From: Peribolospora baueri
Taxonomy: Eukaryota
Direction of reading: 5' to 3'
DNA: 64,000 nucleotides
NCBI GenBank assembly: GCA_029717555.1
Contig: JAMDHS010000023.1
Coordinates: 62,001 to 126,000 of the forward strand
Part shown: one piece after another, positions 1 through 10,833 of the stretch
Position numbering within the stretch: the first letter of the stretch is position 1
Layout of the letters: every line of letters starts with the position of its first letter
Made by a program: the position numbers and the translations under genes
The notes under the pieces: generated by a model
Database searches by the model: none
Told to the model about the DNA's origin: nothing
The model's input: the letters and a program-made list of their open reading frames with translations, nothing else

Positions 1-1534
1 TTCTACCGCCTCACCGACCAAGGCCGCGACCTTAGGCTGGGACAGTACATTTTTGCTGGCGTCTACCTCCTCACACTTGCGCTCGTCCTTGACACCTACA
101 GGAGATGCAGGAGTGTGAGTCTGCCCTTGCTTTCCGCCTTGCAGGCCGTGTGCGAAGCGAGACATGTTATGAGTATGTCCCCGTAGTCAAGCTGCTTAGC
201 TGAACACGCGCCCACCCTTCTCGTGCGTCACAGGTGCCGCCACTCGCCTATCCGTTACTTTCCCTCTCCAAGCGTCTCCATTCCATCTACGTTCTCCGCT
301 TGTTTAACGACCCTGTCGCCATGCTCTTCTTTTATCTCTCCACATGGCTTCTTGTCCAGAGGAGGTGGAATTCCGCGAGCGTCTTCTTCAGGTCAGCTCC
401 CTAGCATTGGACTTTGGAAGACTCATTTGACTATTCGCCTTCGCTCATTCGTTTACACAATTCTTTCCAAACACATCTTTCCAAACAGCCTGGCGCTGAG
501 CATCAAAATGAACATCCTATTGTTCGCGCCCGCCTTCGGGCTAATTATTTTCAAGGCTTTGGGATTTGGCGGTGCAATGGCCAACGCAGCTACTGTGCTT
601 CTATTGCAGGTTAGAAGGCTGTTCCTTCATCGCTGAGGATTATTTCACCAATGAATGTAAGGCATGAATGCACGGTTGGCTTACCTAGTCCACCGCTCAC
701 GCTCTCTCCGACAGCTCCTCCTTTCTCTACCTTTCATTGTACGAAACCCCCACTCCTACCTCCACAAAGCATTCGACCTCTCACGCGTCTTCCTGTACAA
801 ATGGACCGTCAACTGGCGCTTCCTCCCCGAAGACGTCTTCCTCTCTCGCAAGCTCGCCATCGGTCTGCTAGTCGGTCATTTGTTGACGCTCGTCGTATTT
901 GCCGCGATGCGGTGGGTTCGTAAGGAGGAACGCGGAATTGCGACGCTTGTCCGTCGTGGGTGGAGGAAGGGCATCGAGGCCAAGACAAGTCGGATGTCGG
1001 CTGATCGTGAGCATTCCAGTTGCTCTACCTCTACATGGACGAAAAGCTGCCACTCACCCACACTCCGCGTCTGTCTGGTTCTCACCACTCGCGCCGCAGA
1101 TATGATGACCCTCCTCTTCACGAGCAACCTGATAGGTGTGCTCTTCTCGCGGTCGTTGCATTACCAATTTTACTCCTGGTACGCCCACCAAATCGTCTTC
1201 CTCCTTTGGCATACTCGGTATCCATCCGTTTTAAGGTGCGCTCCAAGCTTCCCTCTTTTTACGTGGGTACTGTGTGTTCCATGAGGTCACTCAAGTTCAA
1301 TGCCCTTTTTCCATCCCCTCGTGCCTCCAATCCAGGCTCGCCCTCTTTTTTGCGATAGAATACGCTTGGAACGTCTTCCCTTCTACCAGCCCTTCCTCCG
1401 GCATCCTGCTAGCCGCCCACGTCCTCATGGTGACAGGCATCTTCTTCGGGTATTCGAACAGCGTCGGACGAAAGGCCAAGGGTGGCGTGAGCGAAGGAAG
1501 GGAAGTGGACCGAGGACGGGAGAAGGACGCATGA
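1..1534 (+). CDS. ALG3: Dol-P-Man:Man5GlcNAc2-PP-dolichol alpha-1,3-mannosyltransferase (5' end outside window)
   Basis: Exons about 1-114, 234-391, 489-609, 715-1006, 1100-1235 and 1336-1534 with GT-AG introns. They give the Alg3 motifs SKRLHSIYVLRLFND, SIKMNILLFAP, FLYKWTVNWRF, NLIGVLFSRSLHYQFYSWY and EYAWNVFPST. Confidence 0.95.
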
Positions 1535-1884
1535 AGCTCGTTGCGCGAAGATGAAAACCCGATCCGTCCTTGCGTCCAGCGTCCGGGGAAGGGCTTTTTG
1601 GAGAGACCGGCGAACAGAACGGACAAATATTATACACGCTGGAGAGGCTTGGATAAAAAAACGCGAAAACACCACAATATGCCAAAGTCACGCATATGGA
1701 AACGCAGGGGGGCCTTTTATCCACCTTCAAGGGAGCGATGCAGCAATCGGTCGCGAGGCGAACAACGATCGCCATTCGTTCAATCTGTTTATAGTCTATA
1801 CACAGGGCCTTGAAGGCCTAAAGAGACTGTGGACGAAGGAAAATCGTGGGAGAGAGGGGACTGCAGCGCAGCAGCGATGGAGGT

Positions 1885-2154
1885 GACGACCACCATCTCC
1901 TCCGAGCCGACCATAAGGTGCAGTCGTTCTTTTTACCCGCTCTCATTCAGATTCGATACATCGTATGTCCCCCAGGGCTGCCTCTAACCCCCGCCCAGAG
2001 CCCGAACGGCGGTGGCCTCGACCGACCAGCCTTCACGGCTCGTGGGCGGGGATTAGAGGCAGCCCTGGGGGGCCATTCGATGTATCTAATCTGAACGAGA
2101 GGGGGTAGAAAGACGACGTCACCTTACGGTCGGCTTGGGTAGATGGTGGTCGTC
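1885..2154. repeat. Long imperfect inverted repeat (about 118-nt arms) able to form a 270-nt hairpin; MITE/foldback remnant or hairpin ncRNA
   Basis: Left arm 1885-2002 (gacgaccaccatct...cccccagggctgcctctaacccccgcccagagcc) is the reverse complement of right arm 2037-2154 (ggctcgtgggcggggattagaggcagccctggggg...agatggtggtcgtc), with scattered mismatches. Confidence 0.95.
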
Positions 2155-2299
2155 GCGATGGCCAGACCACGCGATAATCGAATGAACAAACCGTCTGCCG
2201 CAGCACATGAATCATTGCGGACCGGTCCGGTCCTCCATCTCGACATTACGACCTCTCCTTCTCGCTTCGAAGTCAAGGCACACGCAAGGAAGAGAGAGC

Positions 2300-4426
2300 A
2301 TGCGTCCGAGCACCCGCATCCTGGCGCCCTCCCGGCCGCTGAAGCTGGCCATCATCGGCAGCGGTCCTTCGGCCTTCTACGCGGCCGCCAGGGTGCTGTC
2401 TTCCTTTCCCCATTCTGCGCCTTCCGGGCCCGCGTCCGGCAATGCGAGCGCTTCGAGCAGTCAAGGAAGAGGACGGGATCGAGACCAGGAGGTGGAGGTG
2501 CACATGTTCGAGCAATTGCCTTCTCCTCATGGGCTCGTGAGGTATGGTGTCGCGCCTGATCATCCCGAGGTCAAGGTTGGTACGCCCGAGAATGAGCCGG
2601 TGGCTGTCGCTCCAGCTGGGCCGTAGGCGGGCCAAGTCCGGACTTTCAGCTTGAAGGCCGCTCATTGACCCCAATTTTGCCTTGTACGCATGCTTTCATG
2701 CATACAGAATGTCCAAAACAGATTTGACGAGGTGGCTCAAGACCCCCGCTTTCGCTTTTTTGGCAATGTCGTCATCACCGCCTCTCCCACCGTGCACTAC
2801 CCACCAGGGGTGTATCCCTACACGGAAGCCTTGCACATTCCTCTCTCTACCCTCCTTCCGCACTACACGGCTCTTTTGCTGTCCTACGGCGCCTCTTCGG
2901 CGAAGCCTCTGCGCATACCCGGGGAAAGGGACATTTCGAACGTGTGGAGCAGTCTAGAGTTTGTCAACTGGTACAATGGCCACCCCGCCGCGCATTGGTC
3001 TCCTCCTCCCCTCCCTTCTACAACAGGATCCCATGCTTCATCTTCAACTTCGGCCAATATGATACGACCGAGCCCGTCCACCCTTCTCTCTCGAGGTACT
3101 GCCCGCCACGCGACACTGATCGGCGCAGGAAACGTCTCGCTCGACATCCTCCGCCTCCTCCTCAAATCCCCCACTGAAGCCTCCCTCTCCAAAACGGACA
3201 CTCCAGAACCGGTTCTCTCTGCGCTCGCTGCGAGCAAAATCGAGCATGTGGACATTGTAGCGCGCCGGGGGCCTGGTCAGCTTGCTTTCACGAACAAAGA
3301 GGCACGCGAGGTGATGAACTTGGAAGGGGTCGCATTCCATGGAGTGGACAAGAAGCTGATAGACGAGGCGAGGGAGGAGATAGAGAGGAGGGAGCGAGAG
3401 GTGAAGGAGGCCGTGGCGAAGAGCTCGGCGGCGGCGGGCGAGGACTCTGCGCGGACGACCGCTGGAGGGACAAGCGTGAACGAGGCGAGAGCGAGGAAGA
3501 GGCTATTGGGACTGCTCGAAAAGGGTAGCAAGGCGAAGGAGGATGACGCACAGAGGAGCTGGGCGCTCAAATTCTTTAGAAGTCCCGCCGCGCTGCTAGG
3601 CGAGGAAGCGGTGGGGACCGAGAAGGGACCACACTCCGGCCTGGAGCAGGACGGTGGCCTCCCTCCTGTCAAAGGCGTTCTCTGGAACCACACGACTCTA
3701 CGACCGGCGACGACGTCGACCACACCTGGCAGGCCCGCGTCTCCATCTTCGCTCTCCGCCTCGGTCGCCGCTCCTGCCGGTGAAAAGAGCCGAACAGAGA
3801 CGGACATGGTGGTCTCCAGTGTCGGTTATCGAAGTGAGGCGCTGGGCGGGCATGGCGACGACATCGACGTGAGCGGCGTTGACGGTCGTAAATTTATATT
3901 TCCATTCGATCGGGAACTGGGAGTCGTGAGGAACGTCGGTGGGAGGGTCGTCGATGCTGAGGGTATGCAGGTGCGTCGCTCGTCCGAGTCTGCTTGCGCT
4001 CTTGCTAGTCTACCGTTGTCCTACGCAGCTCATTCCCGTTCTTCCATGTCGCGTTTTTCCTTCCCTTCCCAGCTCCCGAATGTCTACGCCTCCGGCTGGG
4101 TCTCTCGAGGCCCGGTGGGCGTGATCGCAACCACGATGTATGACGCCTACACTGTGGCGGACCTCATCGTCGCCGACCATTTCGCCTCCGCATCTTCTCC
4201 CGCGTCCAGCCCGCCGACTGCCACCGCTGTCCCTCTTCTAGGCACCGGACCTGAAAGAAGCCCCGTCCCAGGCATACCACGAGAACTGACAGACTCGACT
4301 AAGCGGATAGTGAGCTACGAGGATTGGATGCGGATCGATGAGGAGGAGAAGAGGAGAGGCAAAGAATTGGGCAAGCAGAGGGAAAAGTTCTTGAGTGTGC
4401 CGGAGATGTTGAAGGTGCTCGATTGA
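2300..4426 (+). CDS. ARH1: NADPH:adrenodoxin (ferredoxin) oxidoreductase, mitochondrial
   Basis: Exons 2300-2575, 2708-3970 and 4073-4426. Motifs: [80 protein letters not shown]. Confidence 0.95.
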
Positions 4427-4581
4427 TGGGCGGCTGGGCCACTCGGGTCGGTCCCCTAGATGTATACTCATTCGGGCTTCTGGATCGAACCCCCCCCCCC
4501 CCCCTCTTCCAAAGTGCGCGTCTTGCGTGATAGAGAAACGTGGTTTTCTCTAAACAAACGGTGTGTTCAACGTACGATGCG

Positions 4582-5245
4582 TCATTTCGGCGGCGATCCT
4601 TCTCCATCGCCTTCGCGCTCCAGTCCTCGCCCGCCCAACAGCTCCGCCCTCGCGCTCCACCTCGGCTGCGTAGTCCGAGGGCTGGCGGGCGTCGTCAGAT
4701 TCGAATCGCCTTGACCTTCGCTCCCGGACTCTACGTCTTCGGCATCGTCGTCTCCGGACGAGTCGGGGATCTCCGCGTACCCGCCGTTCGCCCATTGATC
4801 GGCTCTGCCGTCGCTTCTCTCTTCACTGCTAGCGGAGGAAGGGGAGCAGGGCCACCATGAAAGAACAGGGTGGCCTGCTCGCGAGGGACAGATAGAATGA
4901 TGATCCAGGCATGGTCAGCAGGCGACGAGAGAAACACGAACATGGACATGAGTTCTCGTTCTGCGCCCGGTCCAACTCACGGGTCTCTCGGCAGTTGACA
5001 CATAAGGCTGTGAGGGAAGGGAGGGGAGGCGAGCGTCTCGAACCATCAGCACATACGACACACCACCGAACCCTACACCTTCCGTGGCCGACAAAAGCCC
5101 CCCGGCACCGCCTCGGCACCTGGGGTTGCATCGACCGATAAGGCTCGTCTCGTTGTTTCGTTCCGACCGCAAGCTCACCATCGCAACAGATCATGAAAGC
5201 CTGACAGAGCGAGACACAGAGGAGGGTGAGGCACTCGTCACCCAT
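4582..5245 (-). CDS. Small hypothetical protein (128 aa): Cys-rich N-terminus and acidic, disordered C-terminus
   Basis: Exons 5245-5179 (67 nt), 5007-4981 (27 nt) and 4874-4582 (293 nt). Both donors are GTGAG, both acceptors CAG, with ctgat/ctgac branch-like sites. Phases join cleanly: MGDECLTLLCVSLCQAFMICCDALCVNCRETRHPVLSWWPC...GSPPK*. Confidence 0.75.
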
Positions 5246-5645
5246 TTCCGGCGAGCGCCGAGCAGCGCAACGTCGAACCGAGCCCAGACTGCCGGCTCAA
5301 GCTGAGAGGGGTCGGAGGGGACGATTGGCCGACCCACTCGTTTGACGGGAATGAGTGTGCTTCGTAGTGTTTATCACGTACGGCGCTCGGCGTTGGAAAT
5401 GATATGTATAGGATTACCGTCGTTTGCTGTGGGGCAGCGAGAACCGCGGCTGAGGACGACCATCGCGCGTCTAACCATTTACACGCGTGCACGTGTGGAT
5501 CATCGTGAGAAGGAGGTATAATTGCAAATGCCGGGTTGGCTGGCTAACCACCGACAAAGAGAGCAAGGGTAACATAGCTACATTATATGGGTCCGGAGTA
5601 ACTATATGATCATCGCCGCTATCCTCCAGCCCAGGCCAGTCTAAT

Positions 5646-7786
5646 CTAGACGACTCGCTTAGAACGAGGGGTGGTGCGGGCGCGACGGGCGATCTCTAGA
5701 AGCTCGTCCATGTTCGAGGGACCTTCGAACGTCTTCGAGCCGCCTAGAACCCACGTCCCTGCCGAGGCGGCCTGCAGAGGAAGGGAATGGAAAGGAGAAG
5801 GCGTCCGTCAATTTTCCATCATGCGATGCCACATGCGATGCCGGCCATTCGCCCGCCAGCCCTATCAGCCCCCACGTTGGCAAGGCCGATCACAGAGCCA
5901 CTCACGGCAATGATTCCAAAGAGAACGACAGTGTAGTTCATATTTGACGCCGTCACAGGATACTCTGGCGGGAAGAGGAAGAAGACGGTAGTGAAAGCAG
6001 CGAAACCGACGGCGAACAGGTTGACGACCGGCCCGAAGACGGGGCCAAGGGAAAATAACGGTGTCTCGTCATCGTCCTCCGGGCGCTGGAGGACGTGGCG
6101 GCCTCGGAGGAGAACGAGTAGGATGGGTATGGTATAGGAGATGTTGAGCGCCACGACGGAGGAGCTGATGATGGCGTTCATCGCCGCCGAGCTACCGAGG
6201 TAGATGAGGCCGAAGACGATGACGAGAACGGTGACGAACGTGAGCGAAGCAACCGGCACGTGAAGCCGAGGAGAGACGGCGCTGAGAATGCGGTGGAATG
6301 CTGGCGCAACAAGCGAGGGGGAGGGAGGGACAGTGACGCAATTCAGCGACATGTCGCTTTCCTCCCTTTCTTCACCATCGTCTAGACCACTCACGCAGAC
6401 CCTTGTCTCTTGCGAAAGCTTGGGTCATCCTCGAAGAAGAGGTGAGAATCCCGAGCCCGGCGAAGACCAAGCACATGGTCGAAGTGCAAAGAAGGAGCGT
6501 GATGGCAGCAGTCTTGCTGCGTGTCGCTTGATAAAAGATCTCGAGCAATGGGCCTGCGCCGCTCGTGTTGACGGCGTTGATGTCGGTGAGGCAGAAGAGG
6601 AGGACGAGGAAGAAGCAGAAGCTGGAGACGGCGCCGATGACAACGGCCAGCACCATCACGCGCGGGGCGTGGATGTGGGGATCTGACAAGGTAGGAGGCG
6701 GATGGAATACGGTCAGCTAAGACATCCCTTTGGGCGGGCAGACGATGTCTACGATAGCCGACAGAACCTACCAGGCATTTCGTCGGTCAAGTGTGTGACT
6801 GCGTCAAATCCGGTGAGGCCGAAAGAGCTCTGCAGCAAGCCCAATATCCACGCCACGCTGGTGGAGGGCCAGCCGGTCTCGTTGATGATTTTGGTGAAAA
6901 CAAACTCGGCGGACTGGTAGTTGGGCGAGGCGCGGGCGAGGCAAACGATGCTCACGATGGTGAGGCCCGTGAGAGACCAGAAAAGAGCACCCTTGTTGAA
7001 GAAGGGAAGGGCCTTAACGCCAAAGACATTGACGAAATAGGCCATTAACGCCCAGCCGATGTAGACGATGAAGATCTGGTATCGCTGCACCGTGTAGTCC
7101 GGGTGGAGGAGGGAGTAGATGCCGGTCAGGAAAGTGCCGGCTAGGCTACCGGCGCTCGCGGACAGGGCCCACCAGCCGCTGCAAGCGAACCAGCCGGCGC
7201 TGAGATGCGGGAAGGACGTGAATTAGCGCGAGGCTGGATCGGTGCGACCCACGGGCCAGCAACGTGAGGGGATAGTCCACGTGCTTAACAACTTGCACAC
7301 TCACACCCAGCTGATGGGAGCCTGGTATCGCGGGGGAGCGAGCTTGGCGCTCCAATGGTAGGGTCCTCCCGAGGTGGGATAGATGGCACAAATCTCGGCT
7401 AAGCTGGCAGCGATGGCGAGCGAGCCGGCGGTGGAGATGAAGAGACCAAAGATCATGGCGTTAGGTCCGCCGGAGGGGAGGACGAGGTTCATTGAGGCGC
7501 TCATGGCTATGGGGCTGTTGAGGATGGAGAAGGCGATGCCGCTGCGATAAGGGAAGGGTTGGCACGGAGAATGATTGGGCGGTCAACAGTCTTTTCCTTT
7601 GGCCCATCCTGGTACGGGAAGCGAGGGCGAGTGGACTCACAGAGCGGATGCGAAGGAGAAACCGCGAATGTATGCTTCACCGTCGAGGCGGGAAACGGGG
7701 GGACGTGACTCCTTGGAGGCGGTAGGCGTGACGGCAACCATGGTGCCTTCGACCTCGCCCTTGCTTCTCTTCTCTGATGCGTCCAT
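5646..7786 (-). CDS. APC-superfamily amino acid/GABA/choline permease (Uga4/Hnm1-like)
   Basis: Multi-exon. Motifs: GIAFSILNS, PSGGP, ASLAEICAIYPTSGGPYHW, INETGW, GLLQSSFGLTGFDAVTHLTDEMP, SRMTQAFARDKGLP, NMNY. Many hydrophobic segments. Confidence 0.9.
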
Positions 7787-8298
7787 GCTGCTCGTTGCCC
7801 GCCTGGATGTCGGGGAGGGGCGACAGAAGGGGTGCGCGATTGAGGAAGAGGAGCGAGGAAGGAGAACGGCGTGAGCAATATCAGAGCAGGTGGGGTGGGA
7901 GGGGAGATGAAATTAGAGGAGAGGGAGAAGAGACGACGACAAAGTGAGCGAGGGAGCTACAAGAAGGAAGAAAGGAGGAGAGCGTTCCTGTTTTTATCTC
8001 GTATTCTCTATCTCTGCTTCTTCAGGGCGGAGGTCGTCCGGAGTCCGGAGCCTGATAAGTTTCTTGCGGTGGGGCAGCGGGGTGTGACTGCGGAAGGAAT
8101 TGCAGAAAGATGCCGGCCGGGGCGTAGGACACGTTTAACCGCCCGATCCCGGCGCCCTCAGACTTCATTCCGGCGGCAACGAAGTTGAAAGGCGGGTAAC
8201 TAACTGCATTCCACGTCTTAAGGCGGAGAGAAAACAGCCCAGGCACATATCTATATGACATTGTACGACAAGAAGTGAAGGAAGACTCCGCTCCAGCG

Positions 8299-10405
8299 TC
8301 ACTCGCGCTTCCTCTCCGGCATGGCGCCCTCTCCGACGTCGATAACCATACCGGCGTGGGTCCTGAGTCGCTCCACCAGCTTGTCGCCCAACAGAGCGGA
8401 CGTCACGATCCCTCCAGCTTTCGCTTCGGCGGGCAGCGAGCCATGCTCGAAGGACATGGTGAGGGCGACTTCCGTTACCAGCTCTGTGGGGTTGAAAGAC
8501 GAGGGCCAGGCTTAGTTCGGCTTGGAGCGCGGCAAGCGGACGTGGGCTCATCCTACGCCTGAGACACTCACGAGAGGTCACCTTGTACCCCGGGTCGCCC
8601 TTGGCGTAGAACCTAGCCCAAGCCTTCTTCCCGTCCGAAGACGTGGCCACCGTCTCAAGCAGCGTCATGCCTCCTTCACGCGTCCTGGCACGGAGTAGCA
8701 AAGACCCAGCGGGGAACCGGCGATCAGACGGCAAATGAGATTGCGATCCAGCAAGAAGGTTAGCGCAGACAAACGGATGAACGTTCCAAGCTCCAAGGAC
8801 GCTCACTCACTCCTTAGATGGTCCCTGGCCCGCCGGCAGTATCTTCTTGAGTAACCAGCGCAGAGGAGGAATAGCGAAGACCATGGCAGCCATCGAAAAG
8901 AAGAAGGCAGAGAACAGGCCCGCGACGAGCTTGTTGGGCATCTTCAGAAACTCTTTGTACTCGAAGTCGCTTCCCCATTGGAGAGGCGAGTGAGTGGAGA
9001 GGAGGGTGCCCCAGGTGCGGTAGACGATCTGCATAAAGTCGAAGGAAGGCATCGTATCAAGCGAACCGCCCCCTCACCACGGTCGTACCATAGGAGTTAG
9101 TGAGACGACACCCACGTTGACGTTGAGCATAGACAGGAATAAGAAACCACCAGACTGCCTCAAATCCTTATCAGACGCAACGAGGAAAGGCTTGAAAGGG
9201 TGATTTCCGGACACCGGACTGATGCAGTAAGGCTTCCTGGCTTTCAGGACGATAGACAAAGGAAGCTCGCCGGCACTGAGCGTCTGCGGAACGGGAAAGA
9301 GAAAAGATGGGGCGAGTTCGAGTAAACGCTTGTGCCGCCCGCTCTTTCTTTGGGCTCGCTTAGTTCGAGCGAGAGTGACCAAACAAACTCACGGTCGCCA
9401 GTGTGCCTCCGGACAAACCGCCTGAAGGAGATATATTAAGCAGAATTGAGCACGTGCTTCGTCGCCCCAGCAGCCAACTGAAAGGATAACGTATTGTCAG
9501 AAATCTGGCCAATGCCCTGATACCCACCTTTGACGGTAATCGAAGTTATGACCTTCTTTACCTCTCCCGACGCCGAGGCCTCCTTCGCCTTCTGAGCGGC
9601 CAAGAAGGCACATAAGTCGGTGGGGACGCAGTCGAAGCCGGCTGCCGGGATGATGATTGCTCCAGACGCCTGAGCTATCAGATGATACCTGAGTGCGAAG
9701 CAAAAAACCGAGAACCAAAAAGAGAGAGAGCAATGTGTGTGTGTGTGTCAGGCGACACACGGGCCGAAGTCTCAGAGAGCGAGGCGCCGGAGCGTCCAGT
9801 CCTCACTTCTCAATCAGCAGCTGGTAAAACCACGGCTGGACGAGGGACCCGACCGGTCGGCAAGCAGGAAGCACGTGCCTGGTTCAGTAATCCTGCCCAA
9901 GGGCCGAAGCCAAAGCTAGCTGAGCTGAGCGAGCCCGGAACACCACTCACCTCTCCGGTAGTATCCGCGTAGTGACACCCCTCCTCGGCACAGACCTTAA
10001 CGAGCGCCTCTCCATTCATGGACCAAAACGGCCCGACGGTGGACACGATGGCGCGGGTCTTTCTAACCATATCCCGGAGTGAGGCCTCATCGGAGTTGTC
10101 TGCGACCAAGATCTCCACTTGCGCTCCGGATGGGGAGGACGGCAGGTCGAGGGAGTTTCGCAGCCGTTCGAGCTTCGCCTGCGATCGTCCGGCCATGGCC
10201 CAACGAGGCGGGGATGGGAGAGAGGCGAGATACTCGCAGCATCTCTGGCCCGTAAAGCCCGTCGCTCCTAATGGGATCGGTCAAGGGTGGTCACAGTTCA
10301 ACGGGACCGGGAACGTATGTTAGTGCGTCGGCGTCCGGACGCCACAGAGCCAGGGACGCTGATGTGTTACCCACCAAAGACAACTAGATCGAGCTTTTCC
10401 GACAT
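8299..10405 (-). CDS. Saccharopine dehydrogenase-like oxidoreductase (SCCPDH / trans-acting enoyl reductase family)
   Basis: Spliced DLVVFGATGFTG Rossmann motif, AGRSQAKL, VSTVGPFW, HYADTTGE, GFDCVPTDL, SGGTLAT, KGDPGYKVT. About 9 exons. Confidence 0.9.
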
Positions 10406-10833
10406 GGTTGTCGACATCGAGTACAGGTGCGAAGAGGACAAGACAGGGTAGAACCTGCCGATACCACCAGCAATACCACCATTCCCTCGTGAAAGCTGGG
10501 CGGAACGTGTGTCGAAAGAACGAGAGCTCACGTGACGGACGCGTCGCGTCGGGCGCCAGCGAATCCCGTTGCTTTGATCTCGCCGTCCCACCGTCGAGCC
10601 CCGGAATGGAGATCGACTAGAGCATCACACTAAATAGGACCACCAAGACCAACCACAGGGACAGATCGGTTGCCGTCGTGGTGGCTTCCATCAACATCAA
10701 CATTCCAGTCCTCCCAGCACCAACTCTGTCCGCCTCCGCTTGACCTTCGCAGCGCCGGACGGGCAATCCCCCGCGCGACGCTCCTCGCAGACAAGAACCG
10801 AACCGACCCGAGTGCTTGACGTCGACGACGACG

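Noticed and set aside
1885..2154. Hairpin considered as SRP RNA or another known structural RNA
   Set aside because: It is a single unbranched stem. I could not find the SRP helix-8 GNRA/internal-loop motif or tRNA/snRNA signatures.
3971..4072. Several stop-free introns with lengths divisible by 3 (ARH1 102 nt, ALG3 1007-1099, BUD4 about 14039-14137, SnoaL 117 nt, IND1 75 and 171 nt), suggesting programmed intron retention
   Set aside because: With dozens of short GC-rich introns, a handful of in-frame stop-free cases is expected by chance, and the inserted peptides look non-conserved.
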